Shown in pieces: positions 18,713-27,514 of a stretch of 64,000 nt of DNA (the stretch's first letter is position 1; the number at the start of each line of letters is the position of its first letter). Origin of the DNA: a virus (taxonomy: Duplodnaviria; Heunggongvirae; Uroviricota; Caudoviricetes). The stretch lies in IMG/VR virus record IMGVR_UViG_3300029543_000199; one strand, 5' to 3'. The translations under genes were made by a program, and so were the position numbers. A model generated the notes under the pieces. The model saw only the letters and a program-made list of their open reading frames with translations. It was not told the origin of the DNA and ran no database searches.

Positions 18713-19354
18713 ATGGCAAAGAAGAAAAACAACTTTTATGCGGTGAAACAAGGAAAGAATCCAGGGATATATAAAACATGGGATGAGTGCAAGGCGCAGG
18801 TTGAAGGCTTCAGTGGCGCTTTATACAAAGGATTCTCAACCCGCAAAGAGGCTGAGATTTACTTGAGTGGAAATGTCGAACCTGTCATAGAGAGCGATAA
18901 GAGCAAGGAAGCGGACATTACCATTTATGTAGATGGAAGCTTTGATGTGGCAACAAATGTTTACGGATACGGCTGTGTTGTAATTAAAAAGGACGGTTCG
19001 ATTGGACAGTATTATGGGGCAGGAAACAATCCGGAATGTGTGTTGCTGAGGAATGTCGCGGGGGAAATGCTCGCGGCTATGAGTGCTGTAAGATATGCAA
19101 TCAGAAGCGGATGTAAATCTGTAAATATTTGCTATGACTATAGCGGTATTGAAATGTGGGCTATCGGAGCATGGAAAGCAAATAACGATTTGACATTAAA
19201 ATACTCAACGTCAATGAAGGAATGGCAGGATGAGATCGCAATATCGTTTCAAAAAGTAGCTGCTCATACAGGTGAAAAGTACAACGAAATGGTAGACAAG
19301 CTTGCGAAGTATGCGGTTAGTAATTTCTGCAAGGAAAACAAAAATAGGGAATGA
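18713..19354 (+). CDS. rnhA: Ribonuclease HI with an N-terminal RNA-DNA hybrid-binding domain
   Basis: N-terminus FYAVKQGKNPGIYKTWDECKAQVEGFSGALYKGFSTRKEAEIY (caulimovirus-VI / RNase H1 hybrid-binding-domain pattern). Catalytic segments IYVDGS, AGEMLAAMSA, ICYDYSGIE, VAAHTGEKYNEMVDKLAK. Confidence 0.75.
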   Translation: MAKKKNNFYAVKQGKNPGIYKTWDECKAQVEGFSGALYKGFSTRKEAEIYLSGNVEPVIESDKSKEADITIYVDGSFDVATNVYGYGCVVIKKDGSIGQYYGAGNNPECVLLRNVAGEMLAAMSAVRYAIRSGCKSVNICYDYSGIEMWAIGAWKANNDLTLKYSTSMKEWQDEIAISFQKVAAHTGEKYNEMVDKLAKYAVSNFCKENKNRE

Positions 19355-19498
19355 GGTGCGTTAAACGCTGATACCGGGTTCAACTCCCGGTTTCCCTTTA
19401 TCTCATAAAGAGAAATGAGATATGAGGATGCTGTCCAAGATGTAAGAATCAGTCGGCTTGTGGATTGCCGGTACAAATATGCTGAAAATCCACGACAC

Positions 19499-19572
19499 GG
19501 ATTGTTAGCTCAGTGGGTTAGAGCAGTCGGCTCATAACCGACCGGTCATCCGTTCGAGTCGGATACGATCCA
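19499..19572 (+). tRNA. tRNA-Met/Ile2 (anticodon CAT), elongator type
   Basis: GGATTGT-TA-GCTC-AGTGGGTTA-GAGC-A-GTCGG-CTCATAA-CCGAC-CGGTC-ATCCG-TTCGAGT-CGGAT-ACGATCC-A. G1-C72 paired. Confidence 0.8.
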
Positions 19573-19599
19573 TTAAACATTAGAAAAGGAGGAATCAAA

Positions 19600-21189
19600 A
19601 TGTTTAGACCAACTATTACAACCACACCATTGGTCACACAGACAGCAAATACATACTTTGCGAATATCAGAGGAGAAAACTTCAACCATGATGTTACATT
19701 TATCTCAACATTAAGAGCATTAGTAAGTCCAAGAATTGCAGACGGGGAATCGGTGTCCTTGTATTTTAGAGGTACATCATTCGATAAAGAAACTGTAGAA
19801 AGGAATCCGGATGGAGCTGTTCTTGATGCTATGTATAATTCAAGACAATATGAAGATGGGTCTATCGTCATTCATAATCTGTCTGGAAATGCACAGGGAA
19901 ATCTTGCATGTCTGAAATTGATTGAAAAAGCGTTCACAACAAACAATTCTCGTTATGAACGAATTGTCAAAGTAACAGAGTTTTTCAAGAAAACTTTTTA
20001 TGCTTTGTGTTATGTAAATCCTACAAATAAAAAGGTTGTCATATTTGTAGATAATCTCAATATTCGTAGAATGCACTATTTACAGTGTTCAATATTTGCA
20101 TTCTTACCTTGGTATTTTAACCCGGAGGCTGGAGTAACGGAAGATGAAATGGAATTGATCCAGTCTCTGAGAGAAACAACTCCAGAGCGGTATATGAATG
20201 CAATTTCAAAGATTGCTTCTGGATATGATTTCAGAGGAATGTTTATCAGACAGCAGTTGAAAGGGTTTGAAACCGCATACGAAGAACAACAGGTTAGGAT
20301 TGTACAGGAAAATATCAGCGATTACGTAGACCAGATTAGAGGATATAACAATAGTATCTCAACTGCACTGAACAGGAAGAGAGATGCTGAGATTAGACTG
20401 CTAGGTCTAAAGACAAAGATTGCTCAGATGGAAGGAGAGGATTCCGAAATTATGGAATACTTCCTGTGCAATCAGAAACTGGATCTTGAGTATGTCAGAG
20501 GATCAGAGATGACTTTTGTTGTTAAAGATTATCTGATGTACTTTGATGAGGATATGGCAAAGACAGTTATAGATAATAGAAGAAGCTATATCTATAGATA
20601 CATCGGAGATTCTATGGAAAAGGATGATGTCGAGAAGCTGATGTATGCGATCTTCATCGACCAGGCATTGAAATTAAGATTCTGCTGTGCATACCGTATC
20701 AGGCTAGGAGAAAGAGTGGATGGCTTACGGAATTATGATTACAACGAGAGCTACGAAACATATATTCCAAACCCGCATATTGACAGATACAGCTGTCTTG
20801 GAAATTACGAAAGAACGATGAATGAGAGACTGGCTGACAATGATGCAATCGGAGCTATCGAGCAATGTATCTCATCATGCAAGAGTTTGAATTTCGCTGA
20901 CAGTACAGTTATGGAAGTATTTATGGAACGCATGTGTGGAAGAAATGGATACAGACATAACAAATGTATCGAGCTTCCAGATGGCAGCATCGTTGATATG
21001 CGAGGGGCTATCAAGTGGATGAAAGAACAGGAAGCGGCAGAGCAGGTTAAGGAGTCTGAGCAGATCGAATCAACTGAGACAACTGCTAATCCAGATACTG
21101 TAACAGATGAAGAGACGGATACAGAAGCAGTAGACACAGAAGAAACTGAAACAGAGGATGATTTCCTTGAAGAAGACGATTTATTCTAA
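19600..21189 (+). CDS. Hypothetical protein (529 aa) with an acidic C-terminus
   Basis: Long ORF with RBS AAAGGAGGAATCAAAATG; no motif recognised. Confidence 0.6.
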   Translation: MFRPTITTTPLVTQTANTYFANIRGENFNHDVTFISTLRALVSPRIADGESVSLYFRGTSFDKETVERNPDGAVLDAMYNSRQYEDGSIVIHNLSGNAQGNLACLKLIEKAFTTNNSRYERIVKVTEFFKKTFYALCYVNPTNKKVVIFVDNLNIRRMHYLQCSIFAFLPWYFNPEAGVTEDEMELIQSLRETTPERYMNAISKIASGYDFRGMFIRQQLKGFETAYEEQQVRIVQENISDYVDQIRGYNNSISTALNRKRDAEIRLLGLKTKIAQMEGEDSEIMEYFLCNQKLDLEYVRGSEMTFVVKDYLMYFDEDMAKTVIDNRRSYIYRYIGDSMEKDDVEKLMYAIFIDQALKLRFCCAYRIRLGERVDGLRNYDYNESYETYIPNPHIDRYSCLGNYERTMNERLADNDAIGAIEQCISSCKSLNFADSTVMEVFMERMCGRNGYRHNKCIELPDGSIVDMRGAIKWMKEQEAAEQVKESEQIESTETTANPDTVTDEETDTEAVDTEETETEDDFLEEDDLF

Positions 21190-21201
21190 GGAGTACGAGA
21201 T

Positions 21202-22155
21202 ATGAGTAAAATGATAACATTGCCACAGGAAATCCTTAACCAGTACACACAGGAATTTTATGAAATCCTCCGCACTGGAAAGTTTTCTGATGGAAAAATA
21301 AATTTCACAAAGACATTAGGGACTGTTGATAGAAAAGCAACAGTCCTTTTTACTGAAATGGCATGGCAGAAAATGCAGACTCTTATTAGAGAATTTGATA
21401 AAGAAGTTGCATGGCATGGTGTGGCAGAACGATGCGAAGAAAAAGATACATATCTGATTTCGGATATATTGGTTTATCCGCAGGAAGTTACAGGTTCAAC
21501 CGTAACAACAGATCAGAATGAGTATGAGATGTGGTTGATGAAGCAGGAAGATGACGTATTCAACAACATTAGAATGCAGGGACATTCGCATGTAAATATG
21601 TCAACAAGTCCATCAAGTGTGGATTTGAATCTTTATGATGGAATTCTTAGCCAGCTGGACAGCGATATGTTTTATATCTTTATGATATACAACAAGCGAG
21701 GGGAGAAAACAGTAAAATTATATGATCTGAGAGAGAACATTCTTTTTGAAACGGCAGATGTTACAGTCGCCGTCAAAGAAGTCGGAGATTTGACAGGATT
21801 CCTTGAGGAAGCAAAAGAACTGGTTGTTACAAAAACATACAATTACGGCGCTGGGGTTGGAACTTATGGAAACTCTTATCCTGGATATCCAAGCTACGGC
21901 GGATATTCAGCGCAGAAAAAGGAAGAACCGAAAAAGGAGAACTCTAGCCTGGGAAAAACCAGTCCCCTTGTGCAGGGAAATAAAAGTGGCAAGAAGCGCA
22001 AGGGGAAACGTAAGAAAGGAAATAAATCTTCTGGTAAACAGATGAGCATGTCAGATTACGGATACCCTGGCTATTTAGATGACGACGATGATGTATACGG
22101 TGGATACAGTGAATTCCAGGATGAGTATTGGAGACAGAAATACGGATTTGAATAA
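21202..22155 (+). CDS. JAB/MPN (JAMM) metallopeptidase-domain protein with a low-complexity Gly/Tyr- and Lys-rich C-terminal half
   Basis: JAMM signature HSHVNMSTSPSSVD (H-x-H-x7-S-x2-D) with upstream Glu residues. Confidence 0.7.
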   Translation: MSKMITLPQEILNQYTQEFYEILRTGKFSDGKINFTKTLGTVDRKATVLFTEMAWQKMQTLIREFDKEVAWHGVAERCEEKDTYLISDILVYPQEVTGSTVTTDQNEYEMWLMKQEDDVFNNIRMQGHSHVNMSTSPSSVDLNLYDGILSQLDSDMFYIFMIYNKRGEKTVKLYDLRENILFETADVTVAVKEVGDLTGFLEEAKELVVTKTYNYGAGVGTYGNSYPGYPSYGGYSAQKKEEPKKENSSLGKTSPLVQGNKSGKKRKGKRKKGNKSSGKQMSMSDYGYPGYLDDDDDVYGGYSEFQDEYWRQKYGFE

Positions 22156-22171
22156 TAAGGAGATGAGATAA

Positions 22172-22651
22172 ATGACCAGAGATGAATTCATTCAGAATGT
22201 GACAACATGGAGTGAATTGAGAAGCTTCTGCTACGACTATGAGTGTTCGGTTTGTAGCGAAGTATATTCACAGGATGAATTAGATGACTATTTTAATGAG
22301 CGGCTTGTCGATATGGCGAGAGATGCAAGTGATTGGAGTGATCTTTTAGAATCCTTGGAAGATATTCCGACAGGAGCATCTTATTATATTAGAGATGATG
22401 ATGGAGATTTTTCAGAAGCAGATGAAAGTGATTTTGATGATTTAAAGGATGAGGTGCTTGAGTGGGCTGATTATGAGGAAGTATTTGACGATTGCGATGA
22501 AGATGAAGAAGACTACGATGACGAAGAAGAGCCGGAGCCATTCGTAGAAGAAGATCCAGACGATAGATATGAAGTGGGAAATGAAGAAATGTCTATCGCA
22601 GAGTTATTTACTGTACCACAAAACGGAAGCAGAGGAATTTACAACGTATAG
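22172..22651 (+). CDS. Hypothetical highly acidic protein
   Basis: 159 aa, D/E-rich; no E2-like HPN-Cys motif. Confidence 0.5.
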   Translation: MTRDEFIQNVTTWSELRSFCYDYECSVCSEVYSQDELDDYFNERLVDMARDASDWSDLLESLEDIPTGASYYIRDDDGDFSEADESDFDDLKDEVLEWADYEEVFDDCDEDEEDYDDEEEPEPFVEEDPDDRYEVGNEEMSIAELFTVPQNGSRGIYNV

Positions 22652-22660
22652 GAGGATATT

Positions 22661-23332
22661 ATGGATTTAAGTAAGAGTTATGAATTTTTCCAGCCAGAAA
22701 AAGATCAGGCAAGAATCCACATTGTAGGATGTGGATCTGTCGGTTCTACAGTAGCAGAGAACCTTGCAAGATGTGGTGTAACAAAGATGACTTTATGGGA
22801 TTTCGATAAAGTTGAACCACATAACATTGTAAATCAGATGTTCGACCAGAACGATGTTGGCAAACTCAAGGTCGAAGCATTAAAAGATATTCTGACAGAT
22901 ATCAATCCAGAAATTTCTGATCAGATTGAAATCAAACCGGAAGGATGGCAGGGAAAGCTGATGTCGGGATATATCTTCCTGTGTGTAGACAGCATTGAAC
23001 TGAGAAGAGAGATTGTTGAAAAACATTTTGACAGTCCATATGTAAAAGCGGTATTTGATTTTAGAACACTGCTTGAAAGCGCACAGCATTATGCAGCTGA
23101 CTGGTCTGATTCCAAAATGAAGGAAGATTTATTGAACTCGATGCAGTTCTCACATGATGAAGCTAAGGATGAGACACCAATATCCGCTTGTGGTGTTACA
23201 CTTGGTGTAGCGACAACAGTAAGATTGATTTCGGCTCTCGGTGTGAACAACTACATCAATTTCGTAAAAGGCGATGGAATCAAGAAAATGATTATTATGG
23301 ACGGGTTCAAATTTGACCTGTTGGCGTTTTAG
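22661..23332 (+). CDS. E1-like (ThiF/MoeB family) adenylyltransferase
   Basis: IHIVGCGSVGSTVAENLARCGVTKMTLWDFDKVEPHNIVNQ: nucleotide-binding GxGxxG plus DxD...NxxRQ-like segment. Confidence 0.7.
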   Translation: MDLSKSYEFFQPEKDQARIHIVGCGSVGSTVAENLARCGVTKMTLWDFDKVEPHNIVNQMFDQNDVGKLKVEALKDILTDINPEISDQIEIKPEGWQGKLMSGYIFLCVDSIELRREIVEKHFDSPYVKAVFDFRTLLESAQHYAADWSDSKMKEDLLNSMQFSHDEAKDETPISACGVTLGVATTVRLISALGVNNYINFVKGDGIKKMIIMDGFKFDLLAF

Positions 23333-23334
23333 CC

Positions 23335-23532
23335 ATGAGGGATAAGCAAAGAATCGACCTATTCTGCGAAATTTTATCGACTGCGTGGAAAAGAGTACCA
23401 GACATGAGATTCGGTCAGCTAATGTATAACTTCTTTCACGACGAGTATAACTCTGATCCATTTTATATAGAAGATACAGAACTGATTCGTAGCTTCCAAG
23501 CATATGTCGATAAGATTAGCAAGAATGTGTAG
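23335..23532 (+). CDS. Small hypothetical protein
   Basis: 65-aa ORF followed by a terminator. Confidence 0.45.
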   Translation: MRDKQRIDLFCEILSTAWKRVPDMRFGQLMYNFFHDEYNSDPFYIEDTELIRSFQAYVDKISKNV

Positions 23533-23545
23533 TAAAAGTGAATGA

Positions 23546-23571
23546 ACCGCCACGTTGCGTGGCGGTTTTTA
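23546..23571 (+). terminator. Rho-independent terminator
   Basis: CCGCCACG-TTGC-GTGGCGG-TTTTT. Confidence 0.75.
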
Positions 23572-23575
23572 TAAA

Positions 23576-23847
23576 GAACATGCAATGATATTTATCTCTT
23601 TGAGATAGCTTTCAGCCGTTGGCGGAAGTAGCAACTTGATAGGGAATGCAACCCCGCCGGGATAGAAGGCAACGGAGGATGCGAGAGTTTCATGAAATTC
23701 CAGCAAAGGTTCCGAAGAAGATGAATCCCGGAACAGATAGGTCATAAGTACATGATAATCAATGGATTATACCAAGCAGAGACATGATCAAGATCAGGAT
23801 CATGCAGCACGGATACAACTAAGACATACATTAGATTGCAGTTCTTG
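23576..23847 (+). ncRNA. Retron-like noncoding element R1 (candidate msr-msd) immediately upstream of the reverse transcriptase
   Basis: ORF-free. Flanking inverted repeats GAACATGCAAT (23576-23586) / ATTGCAGTTC (23835-23844). Conserved block TTCAGCCGTTGGCGGAAGTAGCAACTTGATAGG. Member of a 5-copy family. Confidence 0.4.
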
Positions 23848-23859
23848 AAAGGAGAAAAT

Positions 23860-24999
23860 ATGTATTACATAACAGTAAAACAGCCACCATCATACCACCA
23901 GATGACTCTGGAAGAGTTCCTATTTGGATCTGGTTCTGGCGCACAGTTAATAAATGCAAATTTAACGAATACAAGGACGTATGAGGTTGAAGAAGTTAGT
24001 GATCGATTTCTTCAGCTTGTTGATATTGACAAGCTTATTGCAAAACTCGAATGGTTCAACGAAAGAACAGAATATTTAAGAGAGAAGCCACGGCATGAAT
24101 GGTACTATGAGTTCCATATTCCGAAAAAGAGTGGCGGACTTAGAAAGATTGACGCTCCGGAACCGGAACTCAAAGAAGCATTACGCACTCTGAAAAATAT
24201 ATTTGAGGTTGATTTCAAAGCGCTTTATCACACATCAGCATTCGCATATATACAAGGTAGAAGTACGTTAGATCTTTTGAAAAGGCATCAGGCGAATGAA
24301 AGTAAGTGGTTTGAGAAGTTAGACTTATCCAATTTCTTTGGAAGCACAACAATGGAATGGGTGCTGCATATGTTTTCGATGGTGTTCCCATTCTCGGAAG
24401 TAATGAAAGATGACAAAGGAAAAGAAGCACTTGCAAAGGCTCTTGAGCTTGGATTCTTGGATGGGGGACTTCCACAGGGAACTCCGTTGTCTCCAACCAT
24501 TACAAACATTATGATGATTCCGGTTGATTTTGAAGTTGCAAGAACACTCAGAGAATACAATCACCAGAGGTTTGTATATACAAGATATGCTGATGATTTC
24601 CAGATTTCATCTAAATATGGGTTTAGCTTTATGGAAATCCAGAATGTAATCGTATCAATACTGAATGATTTCGGAGCGCCGTTTACAATCAAGAAAGAGA
24701 AGACGAGATATGGATCGTCAGCGGGTCAGAACTGGAATCTTGGATTGATGCTCAACAAAGATAATGAAATCACGATAGGTCACAAAAAGAAAAGACAATT
24801 CCAGGCAATGCTTTCATCGTATGCTATGGATAGAAAGAATGGAATCGCCTGGGATAAAAGTGATATTCAAACGATGGACGGGTATAGAAACTATTACCGG
24901 ATGGTTGAGGGAGAAAAGATTGACGGAATCGTTAAACATCTCAGCGAGAAATTTGGTGTGGATATCGTGAAATCAATTAAAGAAGACCTCACAGCTTAG
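23860..24999 (+). CDS. Reverse transcriptase, retron-type (not DGR, not group II intron)
   Basis: Start at the ATG with RBS GAAAGGAGAAAATATG. Motifs FHIPKKSGGLRKIDAP, FAYIQGRS, LDLSNFFGS, LPQGTPLSP, FVYTRYADDF. Post-YADD NWNLGLMLN resembles the retron VTG segment. No maturase or endonuclease domain. Confidence 0.85.
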   Translation: MYYITVKQPPSYHQMTLEEFLFGSGSGAQLINANLTNTRTYEVEEVSDRFLQLVDIDKLIAKLEWFNERTEYLREKPRHEWYYEFHIPKKSGGLRKIDAPEPELKEALRTLKNIFEVDFKALYHTSAFAYIQGRSTLDLLKRHQANESKWFEKLDLSNFFGSTTMEWVLHMFSMVFPFSEVMKDDKGKEALAKALELGFLDGGLPQGTPLSPTITNIMMIPVDFEVARTLREYNHQRFVYTRYADDFQISSKYGFSFMEIQNVIVSILNDFGAPFTIKKEKTRYGSSAGQNWNLGLMLNKDNEITIGHKKKRQFQAMLSSYAMDRKNGIAWDKSDIQTMDGYRNYYRMVEGEKIDGIVKHLSEKFGVDIVKSIKEDLTA

Positions 25000-25043
25000 G
25001 CTGTAGGTCTTCAAAGGTATAGAAAGGTTTTAAAAGGTAGCAA

Positions 25044-25439
25044 ATGATGGAAGAACGAAAGAAAATCTTGTCAATGTGGATTGGTAATAGAGTTAAAGAT
25101 AATGAAATCGCAAAATGCATGTTCGATATAACCGTTCCAAAACTTGAGGAGATGCTGTATGAGAATGAATATATCAAAGAAGTGTGTGCGATGCTGGATA
25201 AATACGGAATCAAGCACATGAAAGTTGATACCATTCCTGGATCGTTCAATTTAGACAGAGATTGGATAGAGACCGATTCATCAACTCCAATAGAGTGTGC
25301 AATCGAATATCCTGGAGCATACCCGATAAACTGGGATATAGAAGATGTAGTCATGTTAGAGAAAATGGATCAAAACGGAGACATTATCATTAGAGTAATG
25401 TGGATTACAGAAGATGGGAAATTCGTACAGAACCACTAA
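25044..25439 (+). CDS. Hypothetical protein adjacent to the RT (possible retron accessory protein)
   Basis: 131-aa ORF, no motif recognised. Confidence 0.5.
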   Translation: MMEERKKILSMWIGNRVKDNEIAKCMFDITVPKLEEMLYENEYIKEVCAMLDKYGIKHMKVDTIPGSFNLDRDWIETDSSTPIECAIEYPGAYPINWDIEDVVMLEKMDQNGDIIIRVMWITEDGKFVQNH

Positions 25440-25453
25440 GTGACAAATAATAA

Positions 25454-25702
25454 GCTATGCAATGAAATTACTGTTTTACAGTGCTTTTTGCTGTTAGCGA
25501 AAGTAACAACTCGATCAGGAAAGAAACATACCACCCTGCAGAAGACGGGTGCCTCCTTCCGGATCACCATCCAGGAACTGAAGACTCGAGAAGAAGCAAT
25601 ATTGATAATCAGGAACTTATACCAAATCAAACCCAGAAAGTTATCTCCAGAAGAAACTTCCAGGAAGCGATATACAGGTAAACATGCACTAGATTGCATA
25701 GC
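25454..25702 (+). ncRNA. Retron-like element R2a (first of a tandem pair)
   Basis: Inverted repeats GCTATGCAATG (25454-25464) / ATTGCATAGC (25693-25702). Conserved block TGCTGTTAGCGAAAGTAACAACTCGATCAGG. Confidence 0.35.
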
Positions 25703-25709
25703 AAATCAT

Positions 25710-25990
25710 AAATGTACAATGAAATTATATCCATTGGATATGCTTCTTGCCGTCGGCGGAAGTGACAACTTGATAGGGCAGAGAACCTACCCGAGAGCGC
25801 CAGAGGAGGAGCTGAGCACAGACTCATAAGGAACCTCATAACATAATAAATACAAACTGTCAACAGGATAACTAATTGAAATTCAATGAAACATAGAATC
25901 AAGGATACTCGAAATCCAAATCATCGCAGCATCGACATGCATAAATCAGATCCTGGATAAGCTCATCTGCACATATTAGATTGTACATTT
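25710..25990 (+). ncRNA. Retron-like element R2b (second of the tandem pair)
   Basis: Inverted repeats AAATGTACAAT (25710-25720) / ATTGTACATTT (25980-25990), 11/11. Conserved block TGCCGTCGGCGGAAGTGACAACTTGATAGGG. Confidence 0.35.
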
Positions 25991-26013
25991 AAACAAATTT
26001 AAGGAGGAAGAAT

Positions 26014-26472
26014 ATGTATTTTAACACTAGCATCAATTTGATAAAAGTACCAAATAGATTTAACCATTCAAAACCAAATGAAGACAAAATGGAGGCTTGT
26101 AGAGAGTTCTACCGGACGAACCATCGTCTTGACAGGGATATTGTAGTTGATGAAAATATGGTACTTAAAGACGGATATATCGGATATCTTGTCCTCATTG
26201 AAAACGAAGCCAAGGTTGTATGTGTTAAGCAGACAAATACAAGACAGGTCACACTGGTTTATGGAGTGCATCCTGGTGTTGATAAGGAATATCGCTGGAA
26301 GATGGTAGATGATACTGAAGGCTCAGAGAATCTTAAAATCGGATCTCATGCAATAGTCAGAACAACATTTGGAGATGTAGAAGTTACAGTTACAAAGATT
26401 GAGAAAATTACAAGATCTAAGCTAAAGACGATAGGGCATATAAAAAGAGTTGTTAAGTGCCTGCCGGAGTAA
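26014..26472 (+). CDS. Hypothetical protein
   Basis: 152-aa ORF, RBS AAGGAGGAAGAATATG. Confidence 0.55.
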   Translation: MYFNTSINLIKVPNRFNHSKPNEDKMEACREFYRTNHRLDRDIVVDENMVLKDGYIGYLVLIENEAKVVCVKQTNTRQVTLVYGVHPGVDKEYRWKMVDDTEGSENLKIGSHAIVRTTFGDVEVTVTKIEKITRSKLKTIGHIKRVVKCLPE

Positions 26473-26476
26473 CAGT

Positions 26477-26647
26477 ATGAGATGTATTTATTTGGATAAA
26501 AGAGACTTTCTGTCCAAAGAAGACATGCGAATACATACAGCATTTGTTTGCATGAACAAAGAATCTGATAAGTATAAAACATTTAGTATTGATAAGGCTT
26601 ATATTTGTGGAAATTGCCTACATCACACTAAAGAAAGGGAAAAGTAA
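26477..26647 (+). CDS. Small Cys-containing hypothetical protein
   Basis: Start at the internal ATG with RBS GGAGTAACAGTATG; C...CGNCLHH. Confidence 0.35.
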   Translation: MRCIYLDKRDFLSKEDMRIHTAFVCMNKESDKYKTFSIDKAYICGNCLHHTKEREK

Positions 26648-27210
26648 TGAATTTTTATATAGCAGATATGCATTTTGGTCACAAGAATATCATCCAGTAT
26701 GATAATAGACCGTTTGACTCAGTGGAGGAAATGGATAAGGCGTTGATCCAACTGTGGAATGAGACTGTCGGCAGTGACGATATAGTATATATCCTAGGAG
26801 ATTTTAGCTGGTACAAAGAAGATAAAACAGCCTTTATTCTCGGATGTTTAAAGGGGCATAAAGTTCTGGTAAAAGGAAATCATGACCATATTTCTCCAAA
26901 AGTTGCAAGAAATTTTGACAGAATCTGCGAGTATGCAGAAATTAAAGACGGAGATGAGAAGGTTATACTATCCCATTATCCGATACCATTTTGGAATGGA
27001 CAGCACAGGAATACAATACACCTGTATGGTCATGTTCATACATCAAGTCAGTACAATTACTGCCTGAATATTGAGAAAGAATTAAGACAGCTTCAGGGTA
27101 TTCCAATGAGGATGTTTAATGTTGGATGTATGGTAGAGTACATGAACTACATGCCGAGAACATTAAGCGAGATACTGAGGTGGAAAGGAGATAAGGATGG
27201 ACAGGAGTAA
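26647..27210 (+). CDS. Calcineurin-like metallophosphoesterase
   Basis: DMHFGH, ILGDFSWY, KGNHD, GHVH motifs. Confidence 0.7.
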   Translation: MNFYIADMHFGHKNIIQYDNRPFDSVEEMDKALIQLWNETVGSDDIVYILGDFSWYKEDKTAFILGCLKGHKVLVKGNHDHISPKVARNFDRICEYAEIKDGDEKVILSHYPIPFWNGQHRNTIHLYGHVHTSSQYNYCLNIEKELRQLQGIPMRMFNVGCMVEYMNYMPRTLSEILRWKGDKDGQE

Positions 27211-27505
27211 TTTTAATCCTCAAGTCGGAGATCTCGTAAGAGTTCGATTGTGGGAGGACATGGCAAAAGAGTTTGGTATTGATGAAGATGGTAATATACC
27301 ATGCAAATTCAGTTTCGTTGGTTATATGGAAAATATGTGCGGCGATGAATTTATGATTACGAAGATTATAGATGGAAATTACATCGGTCATCCAAAAGGA
27401 GGCGGCGTATCTATATCTATTGATATGCTCGAACCTGTAATTGAGGATGAAGTTGACGGGTCGGAAATTGATGATTTTCTAAGTGGAATTAAGATCAATA
27501 GTTAG
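27197..27505 (+). CDS. Hypothetical protein
   Basis: 102-aa ORF, overlaps the upstream gene by 14 nt. Confidence 0.5.
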   Translation: MDRSNFNPQVGDLVRVRLWEDMAKEFGIDEDGNIPCKFSFVGYMENMCGDEFMITKIIDGNYIGHPKGGGVSISIDMLEPVIEDEVDGSEIDDFLSGIKINS

Positions 27506-27514
27506 GAGGAAGGT

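Noticed and set aside
22172-22651. The acidic 159-aa protein between the JAB and E1 genes as an E2 conjugating enzyme
   Set aside because: No HPN motif or appropriately placed catalytic Cys. The composition is almost purely acidic. Kept as hypothetical.
23860-24999. Diversity-generating retroelement RT
   Set aside because: Motif 4 is QGTPLSP (group II/retron type), not the DGR-type xGxxxSQ. No template/variable repeat pair with adenine-specific differences was seen near the RT.
25440-25829. 129-aa ORF (and other 60-90-aa ORFs) spanning the tandem R2a/R2b elements
   Set aside because: No RBS, low-complexity translation, and it spans two homologous noncoding repeat copies. Treated as chance ORFs.
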